60,239 nt of DNA, taken from positions 1 through 60,239 of the forward strand of contig NW_021832557.1 in assembly GCF_006345805.1 (NCBI RefSeq). The letters run 5' to 3'. This DNA comes from Octopus sinensis. Lineage: Eukaryota. Below the pieces are notes generated by a model that was given only the letters and a program-made list of their open reading frames with translations, did no database searches and was not told where the DNA came from. Below, in pieces: positions 11,555 to 24,330 of the stretch. Position numbers and translations under genes: made by a program. Positions within the stretch are counted from its first letter, which is position 1, and each line of letters opens with the position of its first letter.

Positions 11555-11925
11555 AGAGATGGAGTGAGGGAAGGAGAGTGAGAGGGAGAGATAGAGAGAG
11601 AGAGTGAGAGTGAGAGAGGAAAGAGAAAGAGAGAGAGGGAGGTTGAGAGGGTGAGAGAGAGAGTGAGAGTGAGGGGGAGAGGGAGGCAGTGGGAGAGATG
11701 GAGAGAGAAGGAGAGAGAGAGTGGGAGAGAGGGAGAGAGAGAGAAGGAGAGAGGAGAAGAATTGACTTCAATCATATATCTCTTCCTCTTACGAACACGA
11801 GAGCCACAATAAGACAATGCGATTATCTCCCCGCTGAGAGATGAGATAGCCAAAGTTTGAATGTATTTCATTATATATTTCTTTATTGCCAACAGGGGGC
11901 TAAACATAGAGGGGACAAGCAAGGA
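11192..11925. repeat. Long inverted repeat (arms 11192-11373 and 11761-11925) around a GT/GA-rich spacer
   Basis: The first ~89 nt of the arms differ at only 3 positions; after an indel the match resumes (gataatcgcattgtctta...gtgttcgtaagagg). Confidence 0.9.
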
Positions 11926-12019
11926 GAGAAGGAGAGAGAGAGAGAGAGAGAGAGGAAAGAGAGAAAGAAAGAAAGAGAGAAAGAGAGGGAGAAAGAGAGA
12001 GAGAGAGAGAGAGAGAGAA

Positions 12020-12870
12020 CGAATGAGGTGAAGAGATTGGCTGGTTTGTTCACGATAGGGAGTATATCTGCGAGTGTAATGAAAGATATAATTTCAATAC
12101 CGCCATCTTGTCAAAGCAGATAATCTCGTTGAATGGAGAATCTCGTTAAATCTCATTGAGTGGAAACCTCTGGAGATGCTATTTCTACTTTTGGCATATG
12201 TGTGTAGATTTCGGTGAACCTAACAGTAAGTATTTTTCTCCAAATACTGTAGCCCACGTACTTTACCTGAGCTGCTGCAGCGAAGATATGAGTGAACCAC
12301 GTAAAATAGTTTGGATTTTAGTTGTGTGGAGGAAGTGCCGTTTTAAGGGATAGGAAAACTGGGCAGTTGCCCGGGAACCTTATGTGTCTAGGGGTCCAAT
12401 TCTGATTTATGTATGTTGTGGCTTGCTGTCAATAAATACATGGCCCATTGCACTGTTTTTCTATGAAGCTTATCCTGCTGCTAAGACGGCCCCGTATTGG
12501 GGGAAATGGGGAGTTATGCCTAAGGGATTGATTACTCTACCCTACTTAGTTGTTTTTGATGGGTGGGTCACGAATGAATTTAATATGTTGCCAGGGATAG
12601 TTAGCATAGAAGTGGCGTAGTTTGATATGCGGAGGTGCAGTGTATTTTGGAGGTGCGAGAAAGAGACCAAGGATGTTTGGAATGTTTGTACGTTGGACGT
12701 GTGGGAAAGAGGAGAATGAAATGAGTCAATGTAGAGACATTGATGATGGCGAAAAGATTCGATTTCTGTATCAGCAGCATCAGTATGGAATAAGTGTGAG
12801 AGGCAAGAGGTTTGGAGAGTTTTGATAAATGAAGATGCATCGAAGGGAGTGGGATGAGGAGTCTAAGGTA
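12020..12870 (-). mobile_element. Possible highly degraded retroelement (Penelope-like GIY-YIG region?)
   Basis: Minus-strand KYVGYSIWRKILTVRFTE loosely recalls YVGET.R.L..RF.EH; no intact ORF. Confidence 0.3.
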
Positions 12871-13514
12871 GAGTAACTCATTGGTAGATTATAAGTAAGT
12901 ATATATAATATAAGTATATATAATATAAGTATATATAATATAAGTATATATAATATAAGATTATAAGTAAGTATATAATGAAAACGAGGAAGGAGAGAAC
13001 TGCAGAAATGCAAATTGACAGTGCAATCGTTTTAGTAAACGAATATTTTTTTTATAATTTCATATTACATATATCGATAGGTAAAATATATAATATAACG
13101 TAAAATATACAATAAATTAAAATTAAAAAAAAACAACTTCTCATTCACTTCGTCAAATATCATTATTACAAAAACAGTCTACTTAAGGAATAGACATACG
13201 ATGCGAGATGAAGTTCATAAGCAAATAGGCAAGGTTTATATAATCCTTCATAAGAAAACCTCTAAGCATTTGAAATGTCAAAAGGATATATGTGTGCGCG
13301 TGTGCATGTGTCTGTGCGCGCGGGTGCATGTATATGTGCTTGTGTGTGCTTGTGTGTGTATGTGTGTGAGTAATGTACTTATTATATTTCTTTCTTTTAT
13401 GAACTCAATAACGGATTAGATCTTTGGGGGTTATCCTGTAGTAAAATTGGTATGAAAAATAAACAAGGCTTGCACGTCAGTAATTTGTGTAGTAGAAACT
13501 AACTGGGAATGTGT

Positions 13515-13563
<49 letters not shown>

Positions 13564-13634
13564 ATATATATATATAATATATATAATATGTATATATGTA
13601 TATATGTAGATATGTAATATATATGTATATTGTA

Positions 13635-13710
<76 letters not shown>

Positions 13711-13712
13711 CA

Positions 13713-13781
<69 letters not shown>

Positions 13782-13845
13782 GTATATATATATATATGTA
13801 TATATATATACATATACATACACACACACACATATATATATATAT
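13515..13845. repeat. Long (TA)n-dominated microsatellite
   Basis: Read directly from the sequence. Confidence 0.95.
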
Positions 13846-14003
13846 TGTACAACATTAATCAATTTTTTAGTTGTATTTCACTTTCCTTAAGTTGAGAGTA
13901 GTGCTTTTTCTATGTGGAGCTATCGTCGGCGATTATACCGGTTGAGCTATTTCTAGCACTAGAGTTGACCTATGTAAAGTTAACTCTCTTATATTTACGG
14001 ATA

Positions 14004-14034
<31 letters not shown>

Positions 14035-14520
14035 AACAAACCAGTCCAGTCTAACGAATTTAGTCAAAAAGTAACGGCAGCAGCGTTAAATGTGGTTTCC
14101 CGATGGTATTAAAATAGTAGGGTGACCAATTATTGACGAAACTATAAAAATAATTGAATCGACTTCGTTCTTAGTTGGCCCTTCATTTTGTGGCCCTCGT
14201 TTTCCGAGATTCTATAAATATGACAAACATCTACATTAATCATATTTCTCTGGTAAATTTATGCAATTTACGAAGGCAATAACGGCTAAAATATCTGTGC
14301 ATATTGCACACAAATTTATAGATTGAAAACTAAGTATTGCCGGAACGTCACACTCACAAATATACACATGCACACACACACATGGTACATAGATATGTTG
14401 GTAGTTATGTGCTACATTATATTTTGAAAAGAGTGCCTCATAAGGCAGAAACATGTCCAGAGTTGTCGCCATATCTACGAAACATCAGGCATTACACAAC
14501 TACGTATCTCTATCTCTATG

Positions 14521-14832
14521 TGGAGACACATGGCCTAGTGGTTAGAGCAGCGAACTCGCGTTCGAGGGATCGCGGGTTCGAATCTTAGACCGGGCGATGT
14601 GTGTGTTTATGAGCGAAAACACCTAAGCCCCATGCGGCTCCGACAGGAGGTAATGGCGAATTTCTGCTGACTCGCCACAACTTTCTCTCACTCTTTCCTC
14701 CTGCGTCTTGCAGCTCACCTGCAACGGACCGGCATCCCGTCTAGGTAGGGAACCTATACGCCAAGAAACCGGGAAACCGGCCCTTATGAGCCAGGTATGG
14801 CTCGAGAAGGAACAAACAAACAAACAAACAAG
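14521..14832 (+). mobile_element. tRNA-headed SINE family C, short-tail variant ending in (ACAA)n
   Basis: Box A tggcctagtgg, box B gggttcgaatct, body, then a (acaa)n tail. Confidence 0.85.
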
Positions 14833-15539
14833 CGTATCTCTATTCAACTTTTAATCGATTTAAATTTCAGAGTTCTCTCCCTTACCTTCCGTGATATTAA
14901 TTGTCAATAACACTAATGTTTCTTCTCTCATTGGTGCATAATTTCCAATTAGTAATCATTATTTATGACTCTCCTCATTAAAGATATTAATCTGCACTTA
15001 ACTATATGGTCTTCATGCAGAAGAAGAACCTGCATAAGAAATTTTTCATGTCTTGGAAAACATTATAACGTTTTATCATTTTTCAGACAGTAAATTGTAT
15101 TTTGGTTGCTATTTCTTGCAAAACCAGAAACCACGTATCGGTTCCATCGATGGCTCATTTGCTCGAGAATAATAAGATGTTTATTGCTGTAGTTTTTGTA
15201 AGATCTTTCTTGCCTTCTCGCTTCTTTATCTGCTCCACCATTTTCTTCTCTACCACCTGACCTTTTTTTCTCTATAAATTAACCATCTCTGCTTCTCTCT
15301 GCATTCCCCGCACCGCCCTTAAAACAGTTACACGATGGAAAAGACTCTTCCACCCCCTCACCAACACCACCACCACTACTGCCACTACTACTACACTACT
15401 ACTGCTACTACTACTGCTACTACTACTACATGGTATATACACGCGTGTGCATTTATATGTATATCTATATGTGTGTGTGTGTGCAGTATATATCTATATA
15501 TGTATGTATGTATTATGAATGTATGTATAGTACGTTTGT

Positions 15540-15640
15540 ATGTGTTGTGTATTATAATATGTGTATGTATGTATAGGTGTAAGATATATATTGTATGTGT
15601 GTGTGTATATATAATATATACTGTATATATACATATATAT

Positions 15641-15691
<51 letters not shown>

Positions 15692-15709
15692 GCACCATAT
15701 ATAATATAT

Positions 15710-15750
<41 letters not shown>

Positions 15751-15840
15751 GGTATATGTGTGTTTATTATGTATGTATGTATGTATGAATGCACGCGTGT
15801 GTGTGTGTTTGCATGTGTGTATGCATGCAGCTACGTGTCT
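15540..15840. repeat. Compound (TA)/(TG)/(CA) microsatellite
   Basis: Read directly from the sequence. Confidence 0.9.
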
Positions 15841-16471
15841 GTGTATACACACCCATGTTCACCCCGTCGCAGTTTCCAGTCACATTCAGTTTGTTGTTCT
15901 GTTTGGCCGCCAGCTGTAAATCTGCCATGACAGTTGTGTTGTTAGCACAACAGATTCCTACAGACACACTTCCGAATGTAAGCCGGGGTGGTGGTGGTGG
16001 AGTGTGTGTGTGTTGGGAAGGAGAACATTTAAACAAACAAACAAACAAACAAACAAGCATAAAATAAATAAACAAAAATAAGCATAGATATTCTGCCCCA
16101 TCACCATATTCTCTCGGAGGAAAATAAAATCTTTAAAAAATATCTAAGGCAAAAATAAAGACATAGAGATAAATAGAATATAGTTTGAAATATCCAAGTC
16201 GTTTTATTTATTCATTTATTTACATTTTTTGTTGAATTAGAATTGGTGATATAGGAGGAGGAAAGTGAGTAGTGTGAGGAGGGAGCGGGTTTAGTGAGTT
16301 GAGGCTAGAATCGAAGTCTTGAAGCTGAACTAAGAAGACAGTTTATCGAGTGACTTTTTTTTTGCATTGATTACGCCATGTATACACTTCCAAACGTACG
16401 CAAACACGCATACATATTATTTAACAGTTTTACGTAGCTTCATACAATTTATATGTGGTTATGTATATATA

Positions 16472-16642
16472 GGCGCAGGAGTGGCTGTGTGGTAAGAGCT
16501 TGCTTACCAATCACATGGTTCCGGGTTCAGTCCCACTGCGTGGCACCGTGGCCAAGTGTCTTCTACTATAGCCTCGGGCCGACCAAAACCTTGTGAGTGG
16601 ATTTGGTAGACGGAAGCCGAAAAGAAGCCTGTCGTATATATG

Positions 16643-16677
<35 letters not shown>

Positions 16678-16925
16678 ATGTGTGTATGTGTATGTGTGTG
16701 TTTGTGTGTCTGTGTTTGTCCCCGCAGTATCGCTTGACAACCGATGCTGGTGTGTTTATGTCCCCCGTAACTTAGCGGTTCGGCAAAGAGACCGATAGAA
16801 TAAGTACTGGGCTTACAAAAGAATAAGTCCTGGGATCGATTTGCTCGACTAAAGGCGGTGCTCCAGCAAGGCCGCAGTCAAATGACTGAAACAAGTAAAA
16901 GAGTAAAAGAGTGAAATAGTAAGAG
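16472..16925 (+). mobile_element. SINE family A, full length (tRNA-like head, internal TA/TG microsatellite, (TAAAAGAG)n tail)
   Basis: Box A tggctgtgtgg, box B ggttcagtccc; near-identical copies at 24331, 41708 and 47635 and minus-strand copies. The ccttgggcaagt motif (clearest in other copies) recalls CORE-type SINEs; octopus OR-type SINEs are a possible identity, unverified. Confidence 0.92.
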
Positions 16926-16929
16926 TATA

Positions 16930-17442
16930 TCTATATATATAAAACTGTAGTTGTGTGAGTGTCTGTCCCCTTCGATTTAGATTCCTAACTACTCCCACAT
17001 TTTGCGGTGCAGTTTAACCAAATTCGGGTATCTTATAGTCATGATTCATATCGAGTCCGTCTGAGTATTAGCGCGCGTCTACGATGAGTCTACGATTTAA
17101 AAAATAATTTAACATCATTTTTTATTCCATTTTAATGCATAATTTTTCGTGTGTCGATGGCGGCGGAGTTGGTGTCCATGGTCACACCTGCACCTGTTTG
17201 CTTCTCCCCCTTCTTCCCTCCCTCGTGAAGCTGTGGGGAAAGGAGTGTAAGGAAATCAACGTCGTAAAGCGTTGTCAAGGAGACCAGCGTTCTTTTAGAA
17301 CAACGACTTCATGGCTTGAAGACACCAAAACAGAAATGGCCAAGTAAGCCCGAATTGGCATCTATAAGGGAAGTAACTCTCTAAAAATGCTTATATAGTT
17401 ATTTCCCTTACAAACCCGAGCAACGCCGGGCGATACTGCTAG
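16930..17442 (+). mobile_element. Non-autonomous Helitron-type element
   Basis: 5' TC (A|TCTATATATATAAAA), 3' GC-rich hairpin cccgagcaacgccggg about 10 nt before CTAG|T, inserted between A and T with no TSD. Confidence 0.85.
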
Positions 17443-17980
17443 TGTATATATACACATGCGTACACAAACACGTACATGCATACACACATTCACATACATA
17501 GATTCACACGCGCGCGCACACACATGGGACAAAGTAGAAAAGTACGTATCGTCATAGAGGTCAGCTGACCTGCTGATGTGAATATCAAAGAGAAAGCAGA
17601 TAACTTCGAAACCTCTAGCTTCTATACCCGGATTATAAATTCACATTTATACCAATAATAATTAGTGCATTTAATTTTGTACGCAAAGGAGTTAAGTGAT
17701 AATCTGGATAAGCTAGAGTTTTCAGAAAACGAAATCAACCAAACTAAATCGTGCACTACAAATACGATCTGTAAGCGGAACAGTAAAAATGTGTAAGACT
17801 TTTCTCAAGTTTAAAATGTGAATTTGTTTTTGTTACCAACATTCCAACGACGAAGATTTTGTACCTTTTTTAGGAACCAGCTTCTTCCTCAGAGGAAAAA
17901 TTTTGATAATTACAAACAGAATAGAAAATAAATGCATTCACACGCGCACACATAATCACATTTATACTTGCTCATATGTA

Positions 17981-18230
17981 TTCATTTATTCATTTACTTG
18001 TTTCAGTCATTTGACTGCGACCATGCTGGAGTACTGCCTTTAGTCGAGCAAATCGACCCCAGGACTTATTCTTTGTAAGCCTAGTACTTATTCTATCTGT
18101 TTCTTTTGCCGAACCACCTAAGTTACGGCAAAAGAAACACACCAACATCGGTTGTCAAGCGATGGTAGGGGTTACAAACACAGAGGGGACGAACACAGAC
18201 ACAAAGCCACACACACACACACACACACCA

Positions 18231-18280
<50 letters not shown>

Positions 18281-18440
18281 GACGGGCTTCTTTCAGTTTC
18301 CGTCTACCAAATCCACTCAAGGCTTTGGTCGGCCTGAGGCTATAGTAGAAGGCATTTGCCCAAGGCGCCACGCAGTGGGACTGAACCCCGAACCATGTGG
18401 TTGGGAAGCAGGCTTCTTACCACACAGCCACGCCTGTGCC
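17981..18440 (-). mobile_element. SINE family A, full length
   Basis: Reverse complement of the 16472 copy along its whole length. Confidence 0.92.
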
Positions 18441-18936
18441 TATATATATTTACACACACACACACACACACATAATGGCTAGTTGCCAGTTTCAGCATTT
18501 CAGTTGTTCGTTGTACTGCATTGCTTACTCATCAGATTATTGCTATGGTTGCGTACGGCCACTCGCGACCTCAACGTAGTCGTCAGACACAATCAGTGTG
18601 ACTCAGAGTGTGTGAGAAGGCTGCATCTATGAATTACACGTACAGTCTGCTCGCCGGATTTCGTTTCAGTGTCTGTCTTCCCATTTCCACTCAACGATCG
18701 GAATCTATATGAAACGATTGTCAAAGACACGTATTCAAGATGGTACGCAGTGGGATCGAACCAGGAACACACGGCTGCAGAATGCCCTTGATAACCAGGG
18801 AATCATTTGTAGTAATTTTGAAGCCTATAGTTGTACGTTGTTCTTATTTAGCAGTGTGCAGTGTATGAATGTTTTGCGAGGTCACTGTTCTTAAGCGTTA
18901 GTGCAGGTTTATCTTTAATTGTCTTGTTGGCATATG

Positions 18937-19352
18937 TGTTTCTTTATTACCCACGAGGGGCTAAATACAGAGGGGACAAACAAGGACAGACAAACGAATT
19001 AAGTCGATTACATCGACCCCATTTTGTAACTGGTACTTAATTTATCGACCCCGAAAGGATAAAAGGCGAAGTCGACCTCGGCAGAATTTGAACTCAGAAC
19101 ATAACGACAGACGAAATACCTATTTCTTTACTACCCACAAGGGGCTAAACATAGAAGGAACAAACAAGGACAGATAAACAGATTAAGTCGATTACATCGA
19201 CCCCAGTGCGTAACTGGTACTTAATTTATCGACCCCGAAAGGATGAAAGGCGAAGTCGACCTCGGCAGAATTTGAACTCAGAACGTAACGGCAGACGAAA
19301 TACGGCTACGCATTTCGCCCGGAGTGCTAACGTTTCTGCCAGCTCGCCGCCT
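18937..19352 (-). mobile_element. SINE family B, head plus two cassettes, with a 19-bp TSD
   Basis: attgtcttgttggcatatg at 18918-18936 and 19353-19371; cassette junction at about 19120. Confidence 0.92.
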
Positions 19353-19371
19353 ATTGTCTTGTTGGCATATG

Positions 19372-19700
19372 GATAATGTTTAAATGAGGAAGATTCCGGG
19401 GGTATAGAGGATAGTAGCATCCTCGAAGGAATGGGTGTTGTTGGTGGCAGCGACAAAAGCAAATCCTGGAACACACCAAGATGGATAGTGTGTTGATCAG
19501 GGAGAACTCCACAATGCAATCACTGCGATATCAGCGTCTGACAGAAAAACTACCAGTCTTTGATGACTGGAGTTCATAGGTGAAGTGTTACAGTTTAAGA
19601 GATTGGTGTGCCAGACAAGGCAGAAAGAATATATTATTTGCAAGCTGACCTAATTGGAGTTCCTATTTCTATCAGGCTGACTGTTTCAGTTGTGAAATAA
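19372..19700 (-). mobile_element. Degraded CR1/Jockey-like LINE RT remnant, the host of the SINE-B dimer
   Basis: HCGVLP and HSFEDATI resemble the GVPQGS and HSFADD regions; the reading continues across the SINE insertion. Confidence 0.5.
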
Positions 19701-20140
19701 AAGGGCTTCTTACTGTTGTTTTCGTTTTATGTTGCCTTGTGAGAATAAAGATGAAAATCGTTAAATACAGTAAATATCCTACGGATCTAAATTGTTTTGA
19801 TTTCAAATATGATCACGTTCGATTTTATGTTTTAGCCTTCTAAGATGGATCAATTAAATAAATGACTGCTAATGACTAAAAATTTATTCAATCGAGTGTA
19901 TCGTTCGCTGAGAATGACTCACATGTGGCACTTTTAGAAACAGAGATATCTTGTATTCCCAGAGAATTAAGATGTCATCCTTTATTTTAGACTGTAGGCC
20001 TCACTTTTCTTGATTCACTTATTAATACTGCCCCCGCCCCACCTTCAAACAACACAGTTTTCTTTAATATATAATTCACATCAATGATTAAACTTCATTT
20101 AAACGTATTCTAAACTTTACCTAACTATATTATATGCTTT

Positions 20141-20227
20141 GTATATACTATATAATTCATGCATATAGTATGAATTATATATGCATACTATATAATTCAT
20201 ATATAGTATGAATTATATAGTATATAT
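20141..20227. repeat. AT-rich nested palindrome
   Basis: tatactatataattcat ... atgaattatatagtata, with internal repeats. Confidence 0.75.
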
Positions 20228-20295
20228 AATTCATATATATATACGAATATATATATATATATATAATATAATATATATATATATTCGTGTATATA

Positions 20296-20790
20296 CACGA
20301 GCTGCTTGCAGAAAAGAAAACACAGTTATCCACCCAAAACTAAAAATCATTTTTAAAAAATCCCAAAATATTAACTAGATTATGCCTGGAAGATAACAGT
20401 TTATTCCAAGCAGCCGCTTACAGCTTCCATCACGGCCTCATGTCGGCTTCGAAACCTGGCGCATGCGTTCAACGCCGTGTCTCTGGGAAGATCTTGAAGC
20501 ACCCGCTTGATATTGGCCACTAGCTCGGCCTTGATGTTACAGGCAGAGCGGCTGGTGTCTTTCTCAACCACCGCCTCACACATAGTAAGCAATGGGATTA
20601 GAACCAGGGGAAGAAGGTGACCAGAAATTTGAGCTGGTGAATAGAAATTCTTCGACACCCACATCTAACTCTTTCCAACCGAATCCTGCTGCCACATATG
20701 TAGCCTTCTAGCGGCAAACCACTCCAAATAGAATTTGGCCCCAGACTCCTTCAGCAGCTTCCCATAGCCATCTGAACTGAGCCTAATGCT
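20296..20790 (-). mobile_element. maT/DD37D-type (Tc1/mariner superfamily) transposase remnant
   Basis: ORF track: ...MWQQDS... (20665-20853) and AVVEKDTSRSACNIKAELVANIKRVLQDLPRDTALNACARFRSRHEAVMEA (20401-20664), typical of the DD37D C-terminus. Confidence 0.75.
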
Positions 20791-20799
20791 CTGTTCATC

Positions 20800-22380
20800 A
20801 GTTGTTAAATGAAAATCGGACTTCGTCGTCTTCGTTGCAGCTGTCCATGTCACGACTTACATATTTTAGTGTTCACAGAGTATTGAGCAGCAGTCACGAT
20901 GTCCGAATTTCGATACCCAGAGCAAATCATAATGATACAGTTAACTCTTTTCCAATAATCAACTGTCTTCTCGTCCTCCTTGTCAACTCAGTTTTTCTCA
21001 AATACAACCATAATCTTCATGTTCTCCTAAACCGCTGAGTGTTCCTCAACACATCAAGGTGTTCCTGAAAAGGAGAAACATAAAACATCGTCAAATTTAG
21101 CCCGAACACTCTATATATGTCATTCATCGTCTTACGTACGTTTCTCCTCAATTTCTTTCTATCCGTTAATAAGCTCACAGTTTCAAGTCATTCTTTCGCA
21201 TTAAACAGCTAATCACAATTACTCACTACTTCCTCTTTTGATGCCTCTCAGAGTAGTAGCAGATTAGGATTCCTTAGTTTCTCTCGGGGTTTCCCTTTCC
21301 TGCAAGTCTTTTATAAAGACAGTCTGTGTTACTAACCTTTAGTCTCATTGGTGACTTCTATCGAATAAAACCCAATTTTACGGTATTTGTGTATTTATTC
21401 ATGCACTATTTCACATCCCAACACGCTTTCTTCATCATTCCTGAATGTGATTCCTCTATCACCCATGGCTTAACTTAACGCACAATATACTTCGTCCGAT
21501 ACTGAATGTGCTCAACCTACTCTATAATCAACGAAACTATTATTGTAAGATCTCACATCATCAATCCCAACCAATCTTTTTACGAACAGCGATCTGACGA
21601 CAGAACTGTATTATCTCTACACATAATACAGGCAATAAGGCGGCGAGCTGGCAGAAACGTAGCAGCATTTCTTCTGCCGTTACGTTCTGGGTTCAAATTC
21701 CGCCGAGGTCGACTTTGCCTTTCATCCTTTTGGGGTCGATTAAATAAGTACCAGTTACACACTGGGGTCGATATAATCGACTTAATCCGTTTGTGTGTCC
21801 TTGCTTGTCCCCTCTGCGTGTAGCCCTTCGTGGGCAGTAAAGAAATAGGTATTTCGTCTGCCGTAACGTTCTGGGTTCAAATTCCGCCGAAGTCAACTTT
21901 GCCTTCCATCCTTTCGGGCACGATTAAATAAGTACCAGTTACGCACTGGGGTTGATATAATCGACTTAATCCCTTTGTCTGTCCTTGTTTGTCCCCTCTG
22001 TGTTTAGCCCCTTGTGGGTAGTAAAGAAATAGGCATTATCTCTACACCTTACTCTACGTCCATTCACATCTCTTGCTGTTCATTCCACCATCTTGTATTC
22101 CATGTTAACGATGGGACGATTTTCCTGGAGTCTAAGCTATATCTTACTCATCCATGATATATTTGACCTCCAGCACAGAATTTCACCTCATCTCTGACAC
22201 ACTTGCTATGGAATATTCTGCTTCCGTTGCAACAAACCAATATTTCCCCACCAGATCTCTCTTGATCTTTCTGCTTTAACTTCTTCACAAAATGTCCAAA
22301 GAATACATTTTCTATTCCAGTTCCTCTCCCGATTATCTTAATTAGCTTGCATTCTATTTCTACCGCTCTGTATATTCAAC
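20800..22380 (-). mobile_element. Degraded RTE-like LINE (APE endonuclease/linker region), interrupted by SINE B
   Basis: Minus-strand peptides such as GKYWFVATEAEY and KPWVIEE resemble RTE ORF segments; many stops. Confidence 0.5.
21639..22034 (+). mobile_element. SINE family B, head plus two cassettes, with a candidate 13-bp TSD
   Basis: Head ggcggcgagctggcagaaacg; junction at about 21849; attatctctacac at 21610-21622 and 22035-22047 (16 extra nt before the head). Confidence 0.9.
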
Positions 22381-22404
22381 ATTGGTGTAACTAACCTATT
22401 GACA

Positions 22405-22508
<104 letters not shown>

Positions 22509-22516
22509 GTGCATAA

Positions 22517-23080
22517 CTTGTCTGTCATTGTTTGTCCTCTCTGTGTTTAGCCTCTTGTGGGCAATAAACAAATAAGAAACGTTAGCACGACAGGCGAAAT
22601 GCTAAGCGATATTTCGTCTGCTGTTACATTCTGAATTCAAATTCCGTCGAGGTCAACTTTGCCTTTGTTTGTCCTCTCTGTGTTTAGCCCCTTGTGGGTA
22701 GTAAAGAAATAGGTATTTCGTCTGTCTTAACGTTCTGAGTTCAAATTCCGCCGAGGTCAACTTTGCCATTCATCCTTTCGATGTCGATTAAATAAGTACC
22801 AGTTACGCACTGGGGTTGATATAATCGACTTAATCCCTTTGTCTGTCCTTGTTTGTGCCCTCTGTGTTTAGCCCCTTGTGGGTAGTAAAGAAGTAGGTAT
22901 TTCGTCTGCCGTTACGTTCTGAGTTCAAATTCCGCCGAGGTCGACTTGCCTTTCATCCTTTCAGGGTCGATTAAATAAGTACCAGTTACGCACTGGGGTC
23001 GATGTAATCGATTTAATCCCTTTCTCTGTCCTTGTTTGTCTCCTCTATGTTTAGCCCCTTGTGGGCAATCAAGAAATAAG
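22517..23080 (+). mobile_element. SINE family B: tail fragment, partial head and three cassettes (the first internally deleted)
   Basis: Junctions aaataggtatttcg (about 22713) and aagtaggtatttcg (about 22897); terminal ggcaatcaagaaataag. Confidence 0.88.
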
Positions 23081-23740
23081 TAATGGTGGTAGAGATGATG
23101 GTATTAGTGGTAGTAGTTGAAAAAATGGTAGAGGTGCCGGTGGCAGTGGTGATTAAGAAACAGGAATACTATGGTTGTTATTGGCGGTTTAACTACGGAT
23201 GGCAGTGAGGGATGGTGCAGGTGGTAGTGGTGGTGGATCGTAGTGGTAGTGGTGATCATAGTGGGCCTAGTGTTAGCGCTTGTGATTGGTAATAGTGGGG
23301 GTGATAGTAGTGACGTCAGTGGTAGAAGTGATAAGAATGGTGGCGGTAGTAGTGATGGCAGTGTTGGTGGTATTGGTACGGCAATAGCTGTGATGGTTGT
23401 AGTAGCTGTTGGGTTAGTTGTAGTGGTAACAATGGCGGTGGCGGTTGAATTTGTGGTTGTAGAAGTGATAGTAGCAGAGTAGTAGTAGTGATGGTAGTAG
23501 TGGGGGAGGTAGTAGTTGTAGTAGTCGTAGAAGAGTTGATAGTAATAGTGATGGGAGTAGTAGAGGTCGTAGTAGTAGTGGTGGTTATAGCAGCATTCGT
23601 AATAGATGTAGTGGTAGTAGTAATTTTAGTCGTGCTGGTGGTGGTGGTTACGGCAGCAGCAGCAGCGGCGGGCACCAGTAGTTAGTAGTAGTAGTAGTAG
23701 TAGTAGTAGAAGTAGTAGTAGTAGTAGTGGTTGTGGTGGT
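23081..23740. repeat. Degenerate (GTA)/(GTG) triplet low-complexity tract
   Basis: Read directly from the sequence; the ORFs are poly-V and poly-T. Confidence 0.85.
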
Positions 23741-24048
23741 ACAGATCAATAAATCAAACGTTTGCTACCCTATAATTTTAAAGGTAAAGTCTCATCTAAG
23801 TTAACACTCATTAGAGTTGTTTATGATGTCCATGTCTTGGAGAGAAGGAATTGGTCAACAATAATTAAGAGATTCTAGCAAGGATCTTGGTCAATACAAA
23901 CAGTAAAACACACACAAATACACACACACACACACGCGCGCGTGAATACACACACTCGTGCGCATGCGTGTAGGCAACTCCGTATATGTGTGTGTGTGTA
24001 TGTGTGTGTATAAATGTATGTATATATGTATGTATGTATCTATGTATG

Positions 24049-24130
<82 letters not shown>

Positions 24131-24330
24131 AACACCATCCCTGTACGTAACGCCATGTCCCCCTACTGGCTTTGCTTTTGCTTTTTGAGCCAAAAAAATT
24201 AAATTAAATTAAATATATAATAATGTACATATGGGTGTATATACATGCATATATATGTATATATATATATTATGTATATTATTATTTGATTGAACGTCTC
24301 GCATCCATTCCCAAGTAAGTTTTATCTTTT

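Noticed and set aside
14881-15050. Possible minus-strand exon ending in AG|GTAAGG at about 14885
   Set aside because: All frames from the plausible upstream acceptor hit stops, and there is no recognisable peptide.
16472-16545. tRNA genes at the SINE heads (also 14521, 21639 and 58579)
   Set aside because: Box A and B are present, but I could not fold a full cloverleaf with an acceptor stem, and each continues into a repeated non-tRNA body.
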